Source: Malacoraja senta (Eukaryota). Taken from it: 64,000 bases of DNA. Position 1 is the stretch's first letter, and every line of letters starts with the position of its first letter. A program made the translations under genes and the position numbers. The stretch covers positions 372,001-436,000 of the forward strand of contig JAXLNO010000230.1 of assembly GCA_038087875.1 (NCBI GenBank), given 5' to 3'. Positions 25,601 through 38,447 of the stretch are shown here, piece after piece. The notes beneath the pieces were generated by a model. It ran no database searches, was not told the DNA's origin, and was given only the letters and a program-made list of their open reading frames with translations.

Positions 25601-26682
25601 CCAATCTATATGTAGATTGAAGTCACCCATTATAACTGTTTTGCCTTTGTTGCACGCATTTCTAATTTCCTGTTTGATGCCATCCCCAACTTCACTACTA
25701 CTGCTAGGTGGCCTGTACACAACACCCACCAGCGTTTTCTGCCCCTTAGTGTTTCGCAGCTCCACCCATACCGATTCCACATCCTCCAAGCTAATGTCCT
25801 TCCTTTCCACTGCGTTAATCTCCTCTCTAACCAGCAACGCTACCCCACCTCCTTTTCCTTTCTCTCTATCCCTCCTGAATATTGAATATCCCTGGATGTT
25901 CAGCTCCCAGCCTTGGTCACCCTGGAGCCATGTCTCCGTGATCCCAACTATATCATAATCATTAATAGCTATCTGCACGTTCAACTCATCCACCTTATTA
26001 CGAATGCTCCTTGCATTGAGACACAAAGCCATCAGGCTTGTTTTTACAACGCTCTTATCCCTTATACAATTATGTTGAAAAGTGGCTCTTTTTGATTTTT
26101 GCCCTGGATTTGTCTGCCTGCCACTTTTACTTTTCACCTTGCTACCTATTGCTTCCGCCCGCATTTTACACCCCTCTGTTTCTCTGCTCACCCATTTAAG
26201 AAACCCACCACCTCTTATTCTCTGTTTATTATTGTTTTCTTCTTTCCCCCCTACATGTTGGGTCTGAGTGCTTTCCTTCTCTGCCTCCTGCCTCACACAC
26301 TGTCTGATAGCATTCTCTATTTGGGTCCCTCCCCCCAACCATTCTAGTTTAACAGTCAATAACAATTTTCTCCAGGGTGGAATGTCCAACGCTAGAGGGC
26401 ATAGCTATTAGGTGAGAGGGGGAAAGTTTAGTGGAGATGTGCAGGGCTAGTTCTTTACACAGAGATTGGTGGGGGCCTGGAACGCGTTGCCATGGGTGGT
26501 GGTGGAGTCAGATACTCTAGTGGCATTTAAGAGGTTTTTAGATAGGCACATGGAAATGCAGGGAATGGAGGGTTTAGGATCCCGTACAGGTAGATGAGAT
26601 CAGTTTAACTTGGTAGCACTGTTTTCAACAAACATTTTGGGCCGAAGGGCCCGTTCCATGCTGTCCAGTTCTATGTTCTATG
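22690..26682 (+). mobile_element. Older CR1 3' fragment (22690-23136 and 26353-26682), split by a younger CR1
   Basis: LVRPHLDYCMEFWSPHY...ERVQRKFTRMLPGL on the left. It resumes after 26352 with a CR1 3' end and a (TTCTATG) tail. Confidence 0.8.
23137..26352 (-). mobile_element. Young CR1 LINE: ORF2 (APE + RT) with a frameshift and a stop; truncated at the ORF1 stop
   Basis: ORFs 24527-26389, 23998-24513 and 23230-23964 are nearly identical to the ORF at 60734-63970. The tail is (CTATGTAT)n. Confidence 0.95.
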
Positions 26683-28061
26683 TAATCTACATGGCAGGCA
26701 CAATCCACTTGACCCATCAGATCTTTACTGCCACTTATATTCGATAAAAGGCTCCTCCCTGCTCTCTGCATTCAAATTTGTCAGCATATGCTTTATTCTT
26801 TTCTCCCTCAAGAACTATGGTGGTTTCCCTATAATGCACGTAAACCATTCCCTACAGTAGTTGATATCACATTTTTATCACTGGGAAAATAAGTTTTCCT
26901 TGACTTTCCTATTGAAGTTATTGGTATCCACATTATAATCATTAAGTTTTTGTATCCCACAGAGGTGAAAAACTATTTCTGCGTGTTACATTTTTCATAA
27001 TTATAAAAATCACTATCATGTTACCATTTAGTTTTCCCTTATCTAAAGATAAAAAGTTCCAGCCTTTCTTGATTGGTACATCAGGATAGTTCTGATAACA
27101 TCCTTGTGAATATTTGGTGCATTCCTTATCTTTTCTGTACTAGGGTGAACAGAACTATGTACAATACAGCCAAACGTGAACTAACAAAGCGTACAAACTT
27201 ATACAATATAACTTGACAGATTTTCTATTCTTCCCCTTGCAACGTAAACTGGGAGTTAGATTTGTTTTTTATTTAACCTTGCTTAACCCTCTGCCAGTTT
27301 TATCATTTTGTGCAACTCTACCTTGAGATCCCCTTCCTCACTTATTTCATTCAGACATGGTACCCAGGCAGTACCCCTTGCCTCCACCCTTTCTTATTCT
27401 TCTGATAAAAATGCAGCACCAAACCAAGCCTGCACATTAGTTTAGGTTTCCCTTTTGGCATTAGCTTTGGAAGACAATACAATAAGCAAACTTGCAAAAA
27501 GCATTTGTGAATGTTATCTTCACAAAGCAGTAGCTGGGAGTCATGATATTGCTTGAGAACCCTATTTATTTTAACATATTATTTGTGACTTCAAACGAAT
27601 ACATTTGACAACTCAAAGAAAATAATTTACACCAACTTAAAAATATTTGAAAATAAACACTTTTGGCTATGAGTGATCTATATTGGTTGTTTAACTAGCA
27701 TTTGCTGAAGCATTCAAAGCTTGCATTGCCATTTCCGTTATAAATATAATCTTAGGATAACAATTGAGTTAAATCCTTATGCAGAAGAAAAATCAGCTTG
27801 CGTACAATTTCAGAAGAACTTGCATTTAAGTTTTCTGTTGTTAGCTTTTTGTTGTTTTACCTTACTGAATTCTGGAAAAGGAGCATTGAACCGTCTCTCT
27901 GATTTATTCTACAACTGGTGTTCCTTTGGTTGTTGGAAGTCCTTTCGCATTGTGCAGATTGTGTAATTCCACTGTATAGATTGTCCACAGTTTACATATG
28001 TCCAAGTTATGTACAGTACATGCATACAAACAAGAATTTGAGATACCAACGGGATGGATTT

Positions 28062-28200
28062 GTGTAGGACGAAACTGCAGATGCTGGTTTAAACCGGAGA
28101 TAGACAACAAGGGACTCGACCCGAAACATCACCCAGACCTTCTCTCCATTGATGCTGCCTGTCCCGCTGAGTTACTCCAGCTTTTTGTGCCTAGCTGCAG
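28062..28200. mobile_element. Palindromic Penelope-derived repeat, internally deleted
   Basis: aactgcagatgctggtttaaacc...gggactcgacccgaaacatcacc...gagttactccagc. Confidence 0.75.
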
Positions 28201-28509
28201 ATAACTGTTCTTGACATTAGCTGGAATTTGGCCATATTGATGGCCATATTGAATCCACAATGTATATAATCACAGTTAACAGATTTTTGTCCATTTTACG
28301 AATCCAATCTCGAGACGCATCGTCCAGGCCAGCAGCAATGTCCTTTTTAAAACACAAATACCACACAGCATGCAATATAATCTTTGAAATTAATATAATT
28401 ATCAACCTGAGATAGACAGCCTAAATTTATTAATTTTAGATTTATTGCTAAGAATGGGAAAACAATATTTTTTTCCTGTCTATGTCTAGGGGAATTTTGA
28501 CTTTTAATG

Positions 28510-29387
28510 TAGGGGGGTAAGGGGGAAACTATCTCTAGGTCCCTACCTGGTCGGTGAGGCAGCTTTTTCTCCGGGCTGCCCCGTCGACCCGACCTTGTGG
28601 CCTACCAGCGGGCCTGGAGCGGCGTTTTCCTGCGGGGACTGCCCAGCACCTTCAGCTTCGGTGGCGGCGCAGCACTGGAGCGCTATCACGGAGCGGAGCG
28701 GGTGATGCCTTGCCTGGGTCGCCGCGCTGGATCGACGCGCTGGAGCTCCGGTGAGCTGCGACCGCCGAGCTCAACACCTCCGGGCTGCGGGACTGTGGAG
28801 CGGCCAGCTGCGGGCGGCGGCGCCAACCCTAACATCGGGAGCCTCGGAGCTCCAAATCGGCGCGGCCTTGTCGGCTTCAGGTGCCACGGACTCCGGTAGG
28901 AGATCGGCCGTTCCAGCCGTCCCAGCCGCTGTGAGGACTCTCCCGACGCCGGGGCAACAACACCCGGCGAGAACGACCAGGAACACCGGGCCTCCGTAGA
29001 GGCAACTGTGGAGCCCTCAATAGGCCTGACTTTGGGTGAACTGGGGTTGGGGACTGGACATTGTGCCTTCCCGCACAGTGGTAATCATTGTGGGGGGATG
29101 ATTTTGTGTGTAATGTGTAGTGTCTATGTTAGTCGTTGTCCAAGATGACGGTCGGAAGGGAGAGTGGACGCTGGCGCGCTTTAGCAGCCGCTGCTCTCTC
29201 TTCCATGTTATGTTTTTGATTTTTGTTTTTGAATTTAATTCTATCTTTAATTTGTGTTCTGGTGATGTCTTTGCTATTTATTTCATTCCGCTTATATGTT
29301 TCTACACTATTTGTTAAACTTTGTAAGGTGTCCTTGAGACTTTGTGAAAGGCGCCCATAAATAAAATGTATTATTATTATTATTATC
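28510..29387 (+). mobile_element. GC-rich non-coding retroposon (SINE-like, or a long LINE 3' UTR) with an L2-like 3' end
   Basis: A CpG-rich body in AT-rich context ends in gtaaggtgtccttgag...aaaggcgcccataaataaaatg followed by (TAT)n. Confidence 0.55.
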
Positions 29388-29621
29388 TATTCCTATGCGG
29401 CAACTTTTGCCGCGAGGGACTTGGTTCGCAGCAGCATTTCTAACTTGCGAACTGTTCAAGCTACGAACAGTTCTCAGGACCGGAACCCTGCCGTACCCCT
29501 GGCAGGGCCTGTATAGTGAAGTGCCATCTTCAGCTGCAAGTTGCTTCTGAGGTCAAAGGAAGCTGGAATAGGAATTACCTTAAGTTTAAAAATCCATTAA
29601 AAAATATATTTATTTTCTTTT

Positions 29622-31723
29622 AAGAGTACAGAATCTTTATGTCCCTGTTCGGTTGAAAGGAAATGGTAAAAATTGGAAAGAGCCATGGTTTTCAAGGGAA
29701 ATTGGACACGGTTCGGAAAAAGAGAGAGATCTACAATAATTATAGGCAGCATGGAGTAAATGAGGTGCTTGAGGAGTATAAAGAATGTAAAAAGAATATT
29801 AAGAAAGAAATTAGAAAAGCTAAAAGAAGATATGAGGTTGCTTTGGCAAGTAAGGTGAAAGTAAATCTAAAGGGTTTCTACAGCTATATTAATAGCAAAA
29901 GGATAACAAGGAATAACATTGATCGATTAGAGAGTCAGAGTGGACAGCTATCTGCAGAGCCAAAAGAGATGGGGGAGTTATTGAACAATTTCTTTTCTTC
30001 GGTATTCACCAAGGAGAAGGATATGGAATTATGTCAGGTAAGGGAAACAAGCAGAGTAGCAATGGAAACTATGAGATTCAAAGAAGAGGAGGTGCGGACA
30101 CTTTTGAAAAATATGAAAACGGATAAGTCTCCAGGTCCTGACAGGATATTCCCAATGACATTGAGGGAAGTTAGTGTAGAAATAGCACGGGCTATGACAG
30201 AAATATTTCAAATGTCATTAGAAACGTGAATAGTGCGGGGGATTGGCGTACTGCGCATGTTGTTCCGTTGTTTAAAAAGGGTTCTAAGAGTAAACCTAGC
30301 AATTATAGACCTGTTAGTTTGACGTCAGTGGTGGGCAAATTAATGGAAAGGATACTTAGAGATAATATATATAAGCATCTGGATAAGCAGGGTCTGATTA
30401 GGAACAGTCAACATGGATTTGTGCCTGGAAGGTCATGTTTGACTAATCTTCTTGAATTTTTCGAAGAGGTTACTAGGGAAATTGATGAGGGTAAAGCAGT
30501 GGATGTTGTCTATATGGACTTCAGTAAGGCCTTTGACAAGGTTCCTCATGGAATGTTGGTTAAGAAGATTCAATTGTTGGGTATTAATGGTGGAGTAGCA
30601 AGATGGATTCAACAGTGGCTGAATGGGAGATGCCAGAGAGTAATGGTGGATGGCTGTTTGTCAGGTTGGAGGCCGGTGACTAGTGGGGTGCCTCAGGGGT
30701 CTGTGTTGGGTCCACTATTGTTTGTCATGTACATCAATGATCTGGATGATGGTGTGGAAAATTGGATTAGTAAGTATGCAGATGATACTAAGATAGGTGG
30801 TGTTGTGGATAATGAAGTAGATTTTCAAACTCTACAGAGAGATTTAGGCCATTTGGAAGAGTGGGCTGAAAGATGGCAGATGGAGTTTAATGCTGATAAA
30901 TGTGAGGTGCTACATCTCGGCAGGACAAATCAAAATAGGACGTACATGGTAAATGGTAGCGAATTGAGGAATGCAGTTGAACAGAGGGATCTAGGAATAA
31001 CTGTGCATAGTTCCCTGAAGGTAGAATCTCATGTAGATAGGGTGGTAAATGAAAGCTTTTGGTGTGCTGGCCTTTATAAATCAGAGCATTGAATATAGAA
31101 GTTGGGATGTAATGTTAAAATTGTACAAGGCATTGGTGAGGCCAATTCTGGAGTATGGAGTACAATTTTGGTCGCCTAATTATAGGAAGGATGTTAACAA
31201 AATAGAGAGAGTACAGAGGAGATTTACTAGAATGTTGCCTGGGTTTCAGCAACTAAGTTACAGAGAAAGGTTGAACAAGTTAGGTCTTTATTCTTTGGAG
31301 CGCAGAAGGTTAAGAGGGGACTTGATAAAGGTCTTTAAAATGATGAGCGGGTTAGACAGAGTTGACGTGGATAAGCTTTTCCCATTGAGAGTAGGGAAGA
31401 TTCAAACAAGGGGACATGACTTGAGAATTAAGGGACAGAAGTTTAGGGGTAACATTAGGGGGAACTTCTTTAGAGAGTGGTAGCTGTGTGGAATGAGCTT
31501 CCAGTGGAAGTGGTGGAGGCAGGTTCGATTTTATCCTTTAAAAGTAGATTGGATGGGTATATGGACGGGAAAGGAACGGAGGGTTATGGTCTGAGTGCAG
31601 GTAGATGGGACTAGGGGGAAGTTAAATTTAAAATAATTTTAAAAAATTTAAAAAAGTGTTCGGCACGGACTTGAAGGGCCGAGATGGCCTGTTTCCGTGC
31701 TGTAATGGTTATATGGTTATATG
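29622..31723 (+). mobile_element. CR1 LINE, 5'-truncated RT region
   Basis: Motifs [44 protein letters not shown] and QFWSPNYRKD, ending in an (ATATGGTT) tail. Confidence 0.93.
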
Positions 31724-32049
31724 ATTTTATTATTGTCACGTGTACCAAGATAAAGTGAAAAACTTTGTTTTACATCCTATTTAGGCAGATCATACCATAC
31801 ATTTTGGTAATGAAGCTGCCGTTCATTTTCAGATTGGTGTAGGAAGTCTCTTGGTTGCCTGGATATATATGTTGGTTATTAAATGGGAAGAATATAAGGA
31901 CATGGTAGTTGTATGTCAAACGTCATTTGATAGAACTTCCATATCCAACAGGAGCCATTAACTATATCTACCCTTCTAACTTTCTAACGTTCTTGCTTCA
32001 GCTCATTTATTATTGGAGCTCACAGCAGTGCCTGACTTTTCTCCTTGGC

Positions 32050-33905
32050 TTGTATTGTATTGTATTGTATATCTTTATTGTCATTTCCTGAGTATTCGCA
32101 TACCCAGAGGAAACAAAAAAACGTTCCTCAACCAGTGTCCATTTCAGTGTGCAGTAAAAAATAAATAGAAGTAAAAATACATATATCATGAACAAATTAA
32201 CACTCTACTCTACTAAACATCAACAGGCGTTCCGATCGACAGCAGCACGACAGTGGCTCTGCTGCAGTGTGTCCAGGTTGGTGGTTGGTGCACAATACTT
32301 TGGCAGGGGACAAAGTCCATTTATCAGTCTTATAACCTGCGGGAAGAAGCTGAGGAGCATCCTGCTGGTTTTGCACCTAATGCTCCGGTACCTCTTCCCA
32401 GATGGCAGGATGGAGAATATGTGATGCGATGGGTGGTAGGGGTCTTTGATGATGGAGATGGCTCTGCTGATACATCTCTTCCTGTATATGTCCAGCAGGA
32501 AAGGGAGTGGAGCACCAATAATCCTGCTGGCGGTCTTCACAATCCTGTCTAGTTGGTGCCGTTCGTACGCCTTGCAGCTCCCGAACCAGGAAGTGATGCC
32601 GTAGGTTAATGTGCTCTCGATTGTCCCCCTATAAAAAGTTCGTAGGTGTGTAGTGGGGAGACCTGCTTTACGTAGTCTTCGGAGAGGGTGTAGTCGCTGC
32701 TGGGCTCTCTTGACCAGTGCTGTGGTGTTGGTCGTGGACGTCAGGTCATCTGACAGGTGGAGTCCGAGGAACTTCACGCTGTTGACCCTTTCCACATCAG
32801 CTCCATCGATGTTCAGAGGTGTATGGTGTTGTTTTCCCGCCCTCCTGAAGTCAACCACCATCTCCTTAGTTTTTCCCACGTTGAGAATGAGGTTGTGGGA
32901 TTTGCACCATCCTGTGAGCAGCTCCACCTCCATCCTGTACGCCGACTCATCATTGTCACTGATGAGACCCACCACTGTTGTGTCATCAGCGAACTTGTTG
33001 ATGAAGTTGTTGTTGAGTCTAGCAGTACAGTCGTGTGTTAGCAGACTAAACAGCAGGGGGCTTAGGACACAGCCTTGGGGCGAGCCAGTGCTCACGGCTA
33101 TGGTTTTTGATGTCCTACTGCCCACCCTGACTGTCTGCTGCCGTTGCGATAGAAAGTTCAGGACCCAGTTACATGTGCCAGCATCAACCCCCAATAGCTC
33201 CAACTTCTCCACCAACTGCTGCGGAATGATTGTATTAAAAGCAGAGCTGAAGTCTATGAAGAGGATCCTGGCATAAGTATTTTTCCGATCAAGGTGTGAC
33301 AGTACGAGGTTCAGTGTTGTTGAGACTGCGTCCTCTGTGGATCGGTTGGCTCTGTAGGCGAACTGCAGTGGGTCTAGGTCGGCAGGTAGACTATTTTTGA
33401 TATGCTGCATAACCAGTCGCTCAAAACACTTCATTACTATGGGTGTTAGAGCCACTGGTCGAAAGTCATTATGGCAGGCTGGGTTTGGTTTCTTCGGGAC
33501 AGGGACGATGGTGGCACTCTTAAGACAGTTGGGCACTACTGCCTGGCTGAGTGAGATGTTAAAGATGTCTGTGAAGACATCTTTCAGTTGCTCGGCGCAG
33601 TCTCTTAAAACGCATCCAGGAATGTTGTCCGGCCCTGCAGCTTTGCGTGGGTTGATGCTGGCAAAGGCCTTTTTAACTCCGGCTGCGGACAGCCTGAGCG
33701 ACTGGTCACTGGGAGATGGCAGTAGTGCACGTGTCTGGGTGGTGTTTCCAACCTCAAACCGTGCGTAGAACTCGTTCAGTTCATCTGGTAGAGAGGGGTC
33801 GTTTTGGCATATCCGCAGCGGGGGGGGCTTGTAGTCCGTGATGGTATGAAATCCCTGCCACAAGCGACGTGTGTCTTTGTCATTTGCGAAGTGGCTATTA
33901 GTGAC
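32050..33905 (-). mobile_element. Rex1/Babar LINE, 5'-truncated with an uninterrupted RT ORF
   Basis: ORF 32220-33920 has [48 protein letters not shown] and KFADD. The tail is (ATACA)n. Confidence 0.94.
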
Positions 33906-34097
33906 CCTACATTTCTCCAATTATGATCTCTTGCCAACACCCCGATTTAATCACCACCATTGGCTGCCAGGCTCTCAGTTACCAGCACATACAGCTGCAG
34001 AATTCTTTCCTTAAGACTTCTTCCTCTCTGCCTTGCTTCCCTCCTTTAAACAGCTCCTTAAAGCTGACCTCTTTGTCCAGTTTTTTTGTTTATATGA

Positions 34098-35682
34098 AAC
34101 GATACAATAGAATATCCCAGGAGGGAAATTGATCTGCCAACAGTCATAAAACACAAAGAACATGAAATTAAAGTGATGAGTGGAAAGGATTGGAGATGTG
34201 CAAAGATTGAGTGTGTGTGTGGGGGGGGGGTTAGTCTACCCCACCACATAAGGGGAGGTGGGGGGAGTCAGTCTACTCCACCACAGAAGGGGGAGGAGTT
34301 GTACGGTATGATAGCCACAGGGAAGAAGGATATTCCCGTGGTGTTCTGTTCTGCATCTTGGTGGAACAAGTCTGTTGCTCAAGATGCTCCTCAGGATGAC
34401 CAGCATGTTGTGGAGGAGGTGAGCTGTATTGCCCAAGATGCTCCACAGTTTGAGGAGCATCCTTCCGTCCAAGACCACCACCCATGAATCCAACTCAGCC
34501 TCCAGGACGGAGCCAGCCTTCCTGATGAGCTTGTTAAGCCTGTTGCCGTCCGCGGCCTTCAACCTGCTGCCCCAGCACACGGCAGCGAAGAATATGGCAC
34601 TGGCTACCACCGATTGGTAGAACATCTGCAGCATCTTACTGCAGATGTTGAAGGAGCAGAGCCTTCTCAAAAAGTACAGCTAGCTTTGTGCCTTCTTCTA
34701 CAGGGCCTCAGTGTTCCTGGACCAGTCAAGTTTACTGTCCAGGTACACTGCAAGGTATTTGTACTCCCTGGTAAACTACACACCCACACCATTGATGGAG
34801 ACAGGGGACAGGGGTGTTCTTCTCCTCCGAAAGTCCACAATTAACTCCTTATTCTTGTCGATGTTGAGCAGCAGGTGATTCAGCCCACACCATCCACAAA
34901 GTCGTCGATTACACCTCTATATTCAGCTTCCCTCCCCTCTCTGATGCAGCCCACAATTGCAGAGTCATCTGAAAACTTCTGCAGGTGGCAGGAGTCCGAG
35001 TTATATCTGAGGTCCGAGGTGTAGATGGTGAACAGGAAGGGAGAGAGGACCGTCCCCTGTGGGGTCCCTGTGTTGCTCACTACCATGTCCGAGACACCGT
35101 TCTGTAGCCTGACATATTGTGGTCATCCAGTCAGGTAGTTGGTGATCCAGGACACCAATAGAGCATCCACCCGCATCTTCATCAGTTTGCTCCCTCGCAG
35201 TGCAGGCATAATCTGTTCAAAGCACTAGAGAAGTAAAAAAATATGACTCTCACAATGCTTCCTGGCTTATACAGGTGAACTTGGGAACGATGGAGCATGT
35301 GGATGATGGCGTCCTCAACCCCCATCTTTGTTTGGTAAGCGAACTGCAGGGGGTCCAGGTAGGATTTAATCAGGGGTCGCAGTTGAGTGAGCACCAGCCT
35401 CTCTAGGGACTTCATGATGTGTGAAGTCACCACCACTGGTCTGTAGTCATTGGAGGAGCTGGGGCATGTCCTCTTTGGTACAGGAACCAGACAAGATGTC
35501 TTCCACATCACAGGAACCTTCTCCAGGCTCAGGTTGAAGATATGCTGGAGTACTCCACACAACTGGCTGGCACATGCCTTGAGTACCCCAGAGCTGACAC
35601 CATTGGGACCCGTGGCTTTGCCTGGGCGGAGTCTGCTCAGATCTTTCCTCACATGTTCAGCCTTGATGGTCAGGTGCGACAA
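34098..35682 (-). mobile_element. Rex1/Babar-group LINE fragment, degenerate
   Basis: Motifs KATGPNGV, DYRPVVVTSHIMKSLERL, GTPQGTVLSPFLFTIYT and QKFSDDSA. Confidence 0.88.
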
Positions 35683-36501
35683 AGAAAGGGCAGAGGAAGT
35701 GGATCAGGGGGATTGAGGGAGAGAGTCTGTCGGGGAGCAGGGTCTGATATCTGCTCTGATATCGCGTTATGTAGCTCAGCGTGATATTTTGTTTGATGAC
35801 GATCCAAAATAAAGTACTTCAGAGGGTTTGATGCATTAAAGGTGCTGTTGTCAGCCCAAATGTGATTCCATTCCCATAGGCACTTAGGGGTGAACATTAA
35901 ATATCGTCTTCACAATTTCACTTATTTTCTAACGACTAATCTAAAAAAAATGGTTTACTAATGTTAATATTTGCGCAAAGCTGATGCCATCAATGTTATG
36001 TGAAATCTGAATTTGTGGAAGAGTCTGTTTAATGATGTAAGTTAATTTGCGTAAGCAAATTGACTTCACTTGGAGTACTTTGGCCATATGTTCAATCCAA
36101 TATAATGAATGTACCATCAAATCTAAAAGTAGATTGGTTGCTGAATTGTTCAATAAAATACGCAAGCATTTTTGCCAGCTGTAATTGAACTTCCCTGGAT
36201 CATACTTTTACACATTCCTCTATTAGCAAACCTTCAAAAACAATCTGAATTAGAATGAAGATATTTTAAGGTTATGAAAATAATATCCTTTGCAGACCGT
36301 TACTATTTGCCAATCTCTCTGGTAGGTGAAAAGCTTTCTCTTTGCTGAATGAAGCAAATGGGGAGATAAGCATCGAGGAGTAAAAAAGAGGGCCAACATG
36401 TTGGTTTCACTAACTTGAGAAAATTGTGTGGTTAAAATTGCAATTCTCTCAGAAATTCTTAATATCCAATTGAAATGAGCCAAAATTTGCTTGCTTACTG
36501 A

Positions 36502-37098
36502 AGCTTACTCTACTTCCTGAGAAGATTATGGAAAGTTGGTATGTCAAGGAGGACTCTCTCTAACGTCTACAGCTGCACAGTAGAGAGCATGCTGACCGGT
36601 TGCATCGTGTCGTGGTTCGGCAACATGAGCGCCCAGGAACGGAAAAGACTTCAAAAAGTAGTAAACACTGCCCAGTCCATCATCGGCTCTGACCTCCCTA
36701 CCATTGAGGGGATCTATCACAGTCGCTGCCTCAAAAAGGCTGGCAGCATCATCAAGGACCCACATCATCCTGGCCACACACGCATCTCCCCGCTACCTTC
36801 AGGTAGAAGGTACAGGAGCCTGAAGACTGCAACGTCCAGGTTCAGAAATAGCTACATCCCCACAGCCATCAGGCTATTAAACTCAACTGAAACAAACCTC
36901 TGAACATTATAGACCATTATCTGTTTATTTGCACTTTATCTGCTTATTTATTGATGTGTGTATATATTTATATAATGGTATATGGACTCACTGATATGTT
37001 CTGTATTCATGCCTACTATATTCTGTTGTGCTGAAGCAAAGCAAGAATTTCATTGTCCTATCTGGGATAATGACATTAAACTCTCTTGCCTCTTGACT
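36502..37098 (+). mobile_element. Rex1/Babar LINE 3' fragment
   Basis: Encodes VESMLTGCIVSWFG...IIKDPHHPGH...LPSGRRYRS, followed by a 3' UTR and a (TCTTGAC)-like tail. Confidence 0.88.
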
Positions 37099-38447
37099 GT
37101 ATATCAAAAATTATTTATCTGATTTCTATCTGTTGGTCATCATATTCTTTAACTAGCAATATTATCTGTATTAGATGGAGACTGTGAAGTAATAATATGG
37201 TAGTGGTGTATATGGATAATTTGCCATACTGTTAAAATGCAAAATGGTTACCATATGCACTGGCTTTTAACATCCTGGGAATTCTAGTTTCTGAAATTAG
37301 CAAGGGTAAATCTGTGCTTAATAACTAGCAATGTAGAAAATTACTAAAGTAAGAATGGAAACACAATCACAGAACATGGGATTGTGTCATTGCCTTTTAC
37401 ATGAAAAATGCTTTTGCTATATGCGTGAAAAAGTGTCTTGATGGTAACACAGATTTCATCATTTAATTCCATCAAGTCTACATAGCAAGTACTATAGCAA
37501 CATTTAAAAGGCATTTGGACAGGTACCTGGATATGAAAGGTTTTGAAGGATATAGGCCAAACCCGGGAAAGTGGCATAAGTGTAGATGGGGCATTTTGTC
37601 AGCATGGGCAAGTTGGGCCGAAAGGCCTGTTTTCACGCTGTATGACTGTGACTCTTAAGTCTTCAAACATACGATTTCACATTTGTGATGCAATTATTTA
37701 CAATTATTTCCTTTTGTGTGAAACATATAAAGGGGTGACATTTTCAAAGTATGTCCAGGAAATTCTTTTGAGCCAGTGCGTTAGAACTATTGGACCTAAC
37801 CCTTGGGAATGTGGCCAACCAAGTGATTAAAGTGCCCATGTGAATGCATTTTCACGATAGTGACCAGGTTTCAGGGTGGTCTGGAAATTAAATGTTGAAT
37901 TGTGCAAAGGCTGAGATCATAGGACAAGATAGAGCAAAAGTAGATTAGGAGCAGCATGTGTCGGTGGGTCCACATACAACAACTGGGAGATACTCAAAAG
38001 TGAAATAATGAGTGTTTCAGGTGGGTAAAACATGAAGTCAGCAAGTTCAGGGGTATCAAAAAGAAGCAGAATGGCAATCTGAGCATGGAGCTAGAGGACA
38101 TGGGTATTAAAATTAATATTTCTCCTTTATATTCACAAAGTAGAAGAGAATTACAGTCAAAGAATTTAGGTGGGGAATTGTGAAATTCTCCAACATGTTA
38201 TCATTAAAAGCAAGGTATTAGATGTCTTAGGAAACTAAAAGGTGGACACTCACCATGACTCTGTGATGTATCCCAGGTTGTGACGGATGCCAAAGGAAGA
38301 GTCTACTAGGAGATTTTTATAACTTTGTTGGCCTTAAGCTGAGATGCAGGTGACTCTAGGACAGCAAATGTGGAACTTATAATTTTTTAAAGGACAGCAG
38401 GGATAAGCCAGGTAATTACAGGAAGTTATTGGGTTGATTTGATATTG

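Noticed and set aside
25098..25958. Antisense ORFs over CR1, repeated at 62604-63464
   Set aside because: These are shadow frames of ORF2, shared only because the two copies are nearly identical.
29395..29514. Tigger/pogo-like MITE end (…ggcctg|TA)
   Set aside because: Only one putative end is visible and no matching TIR could be located.
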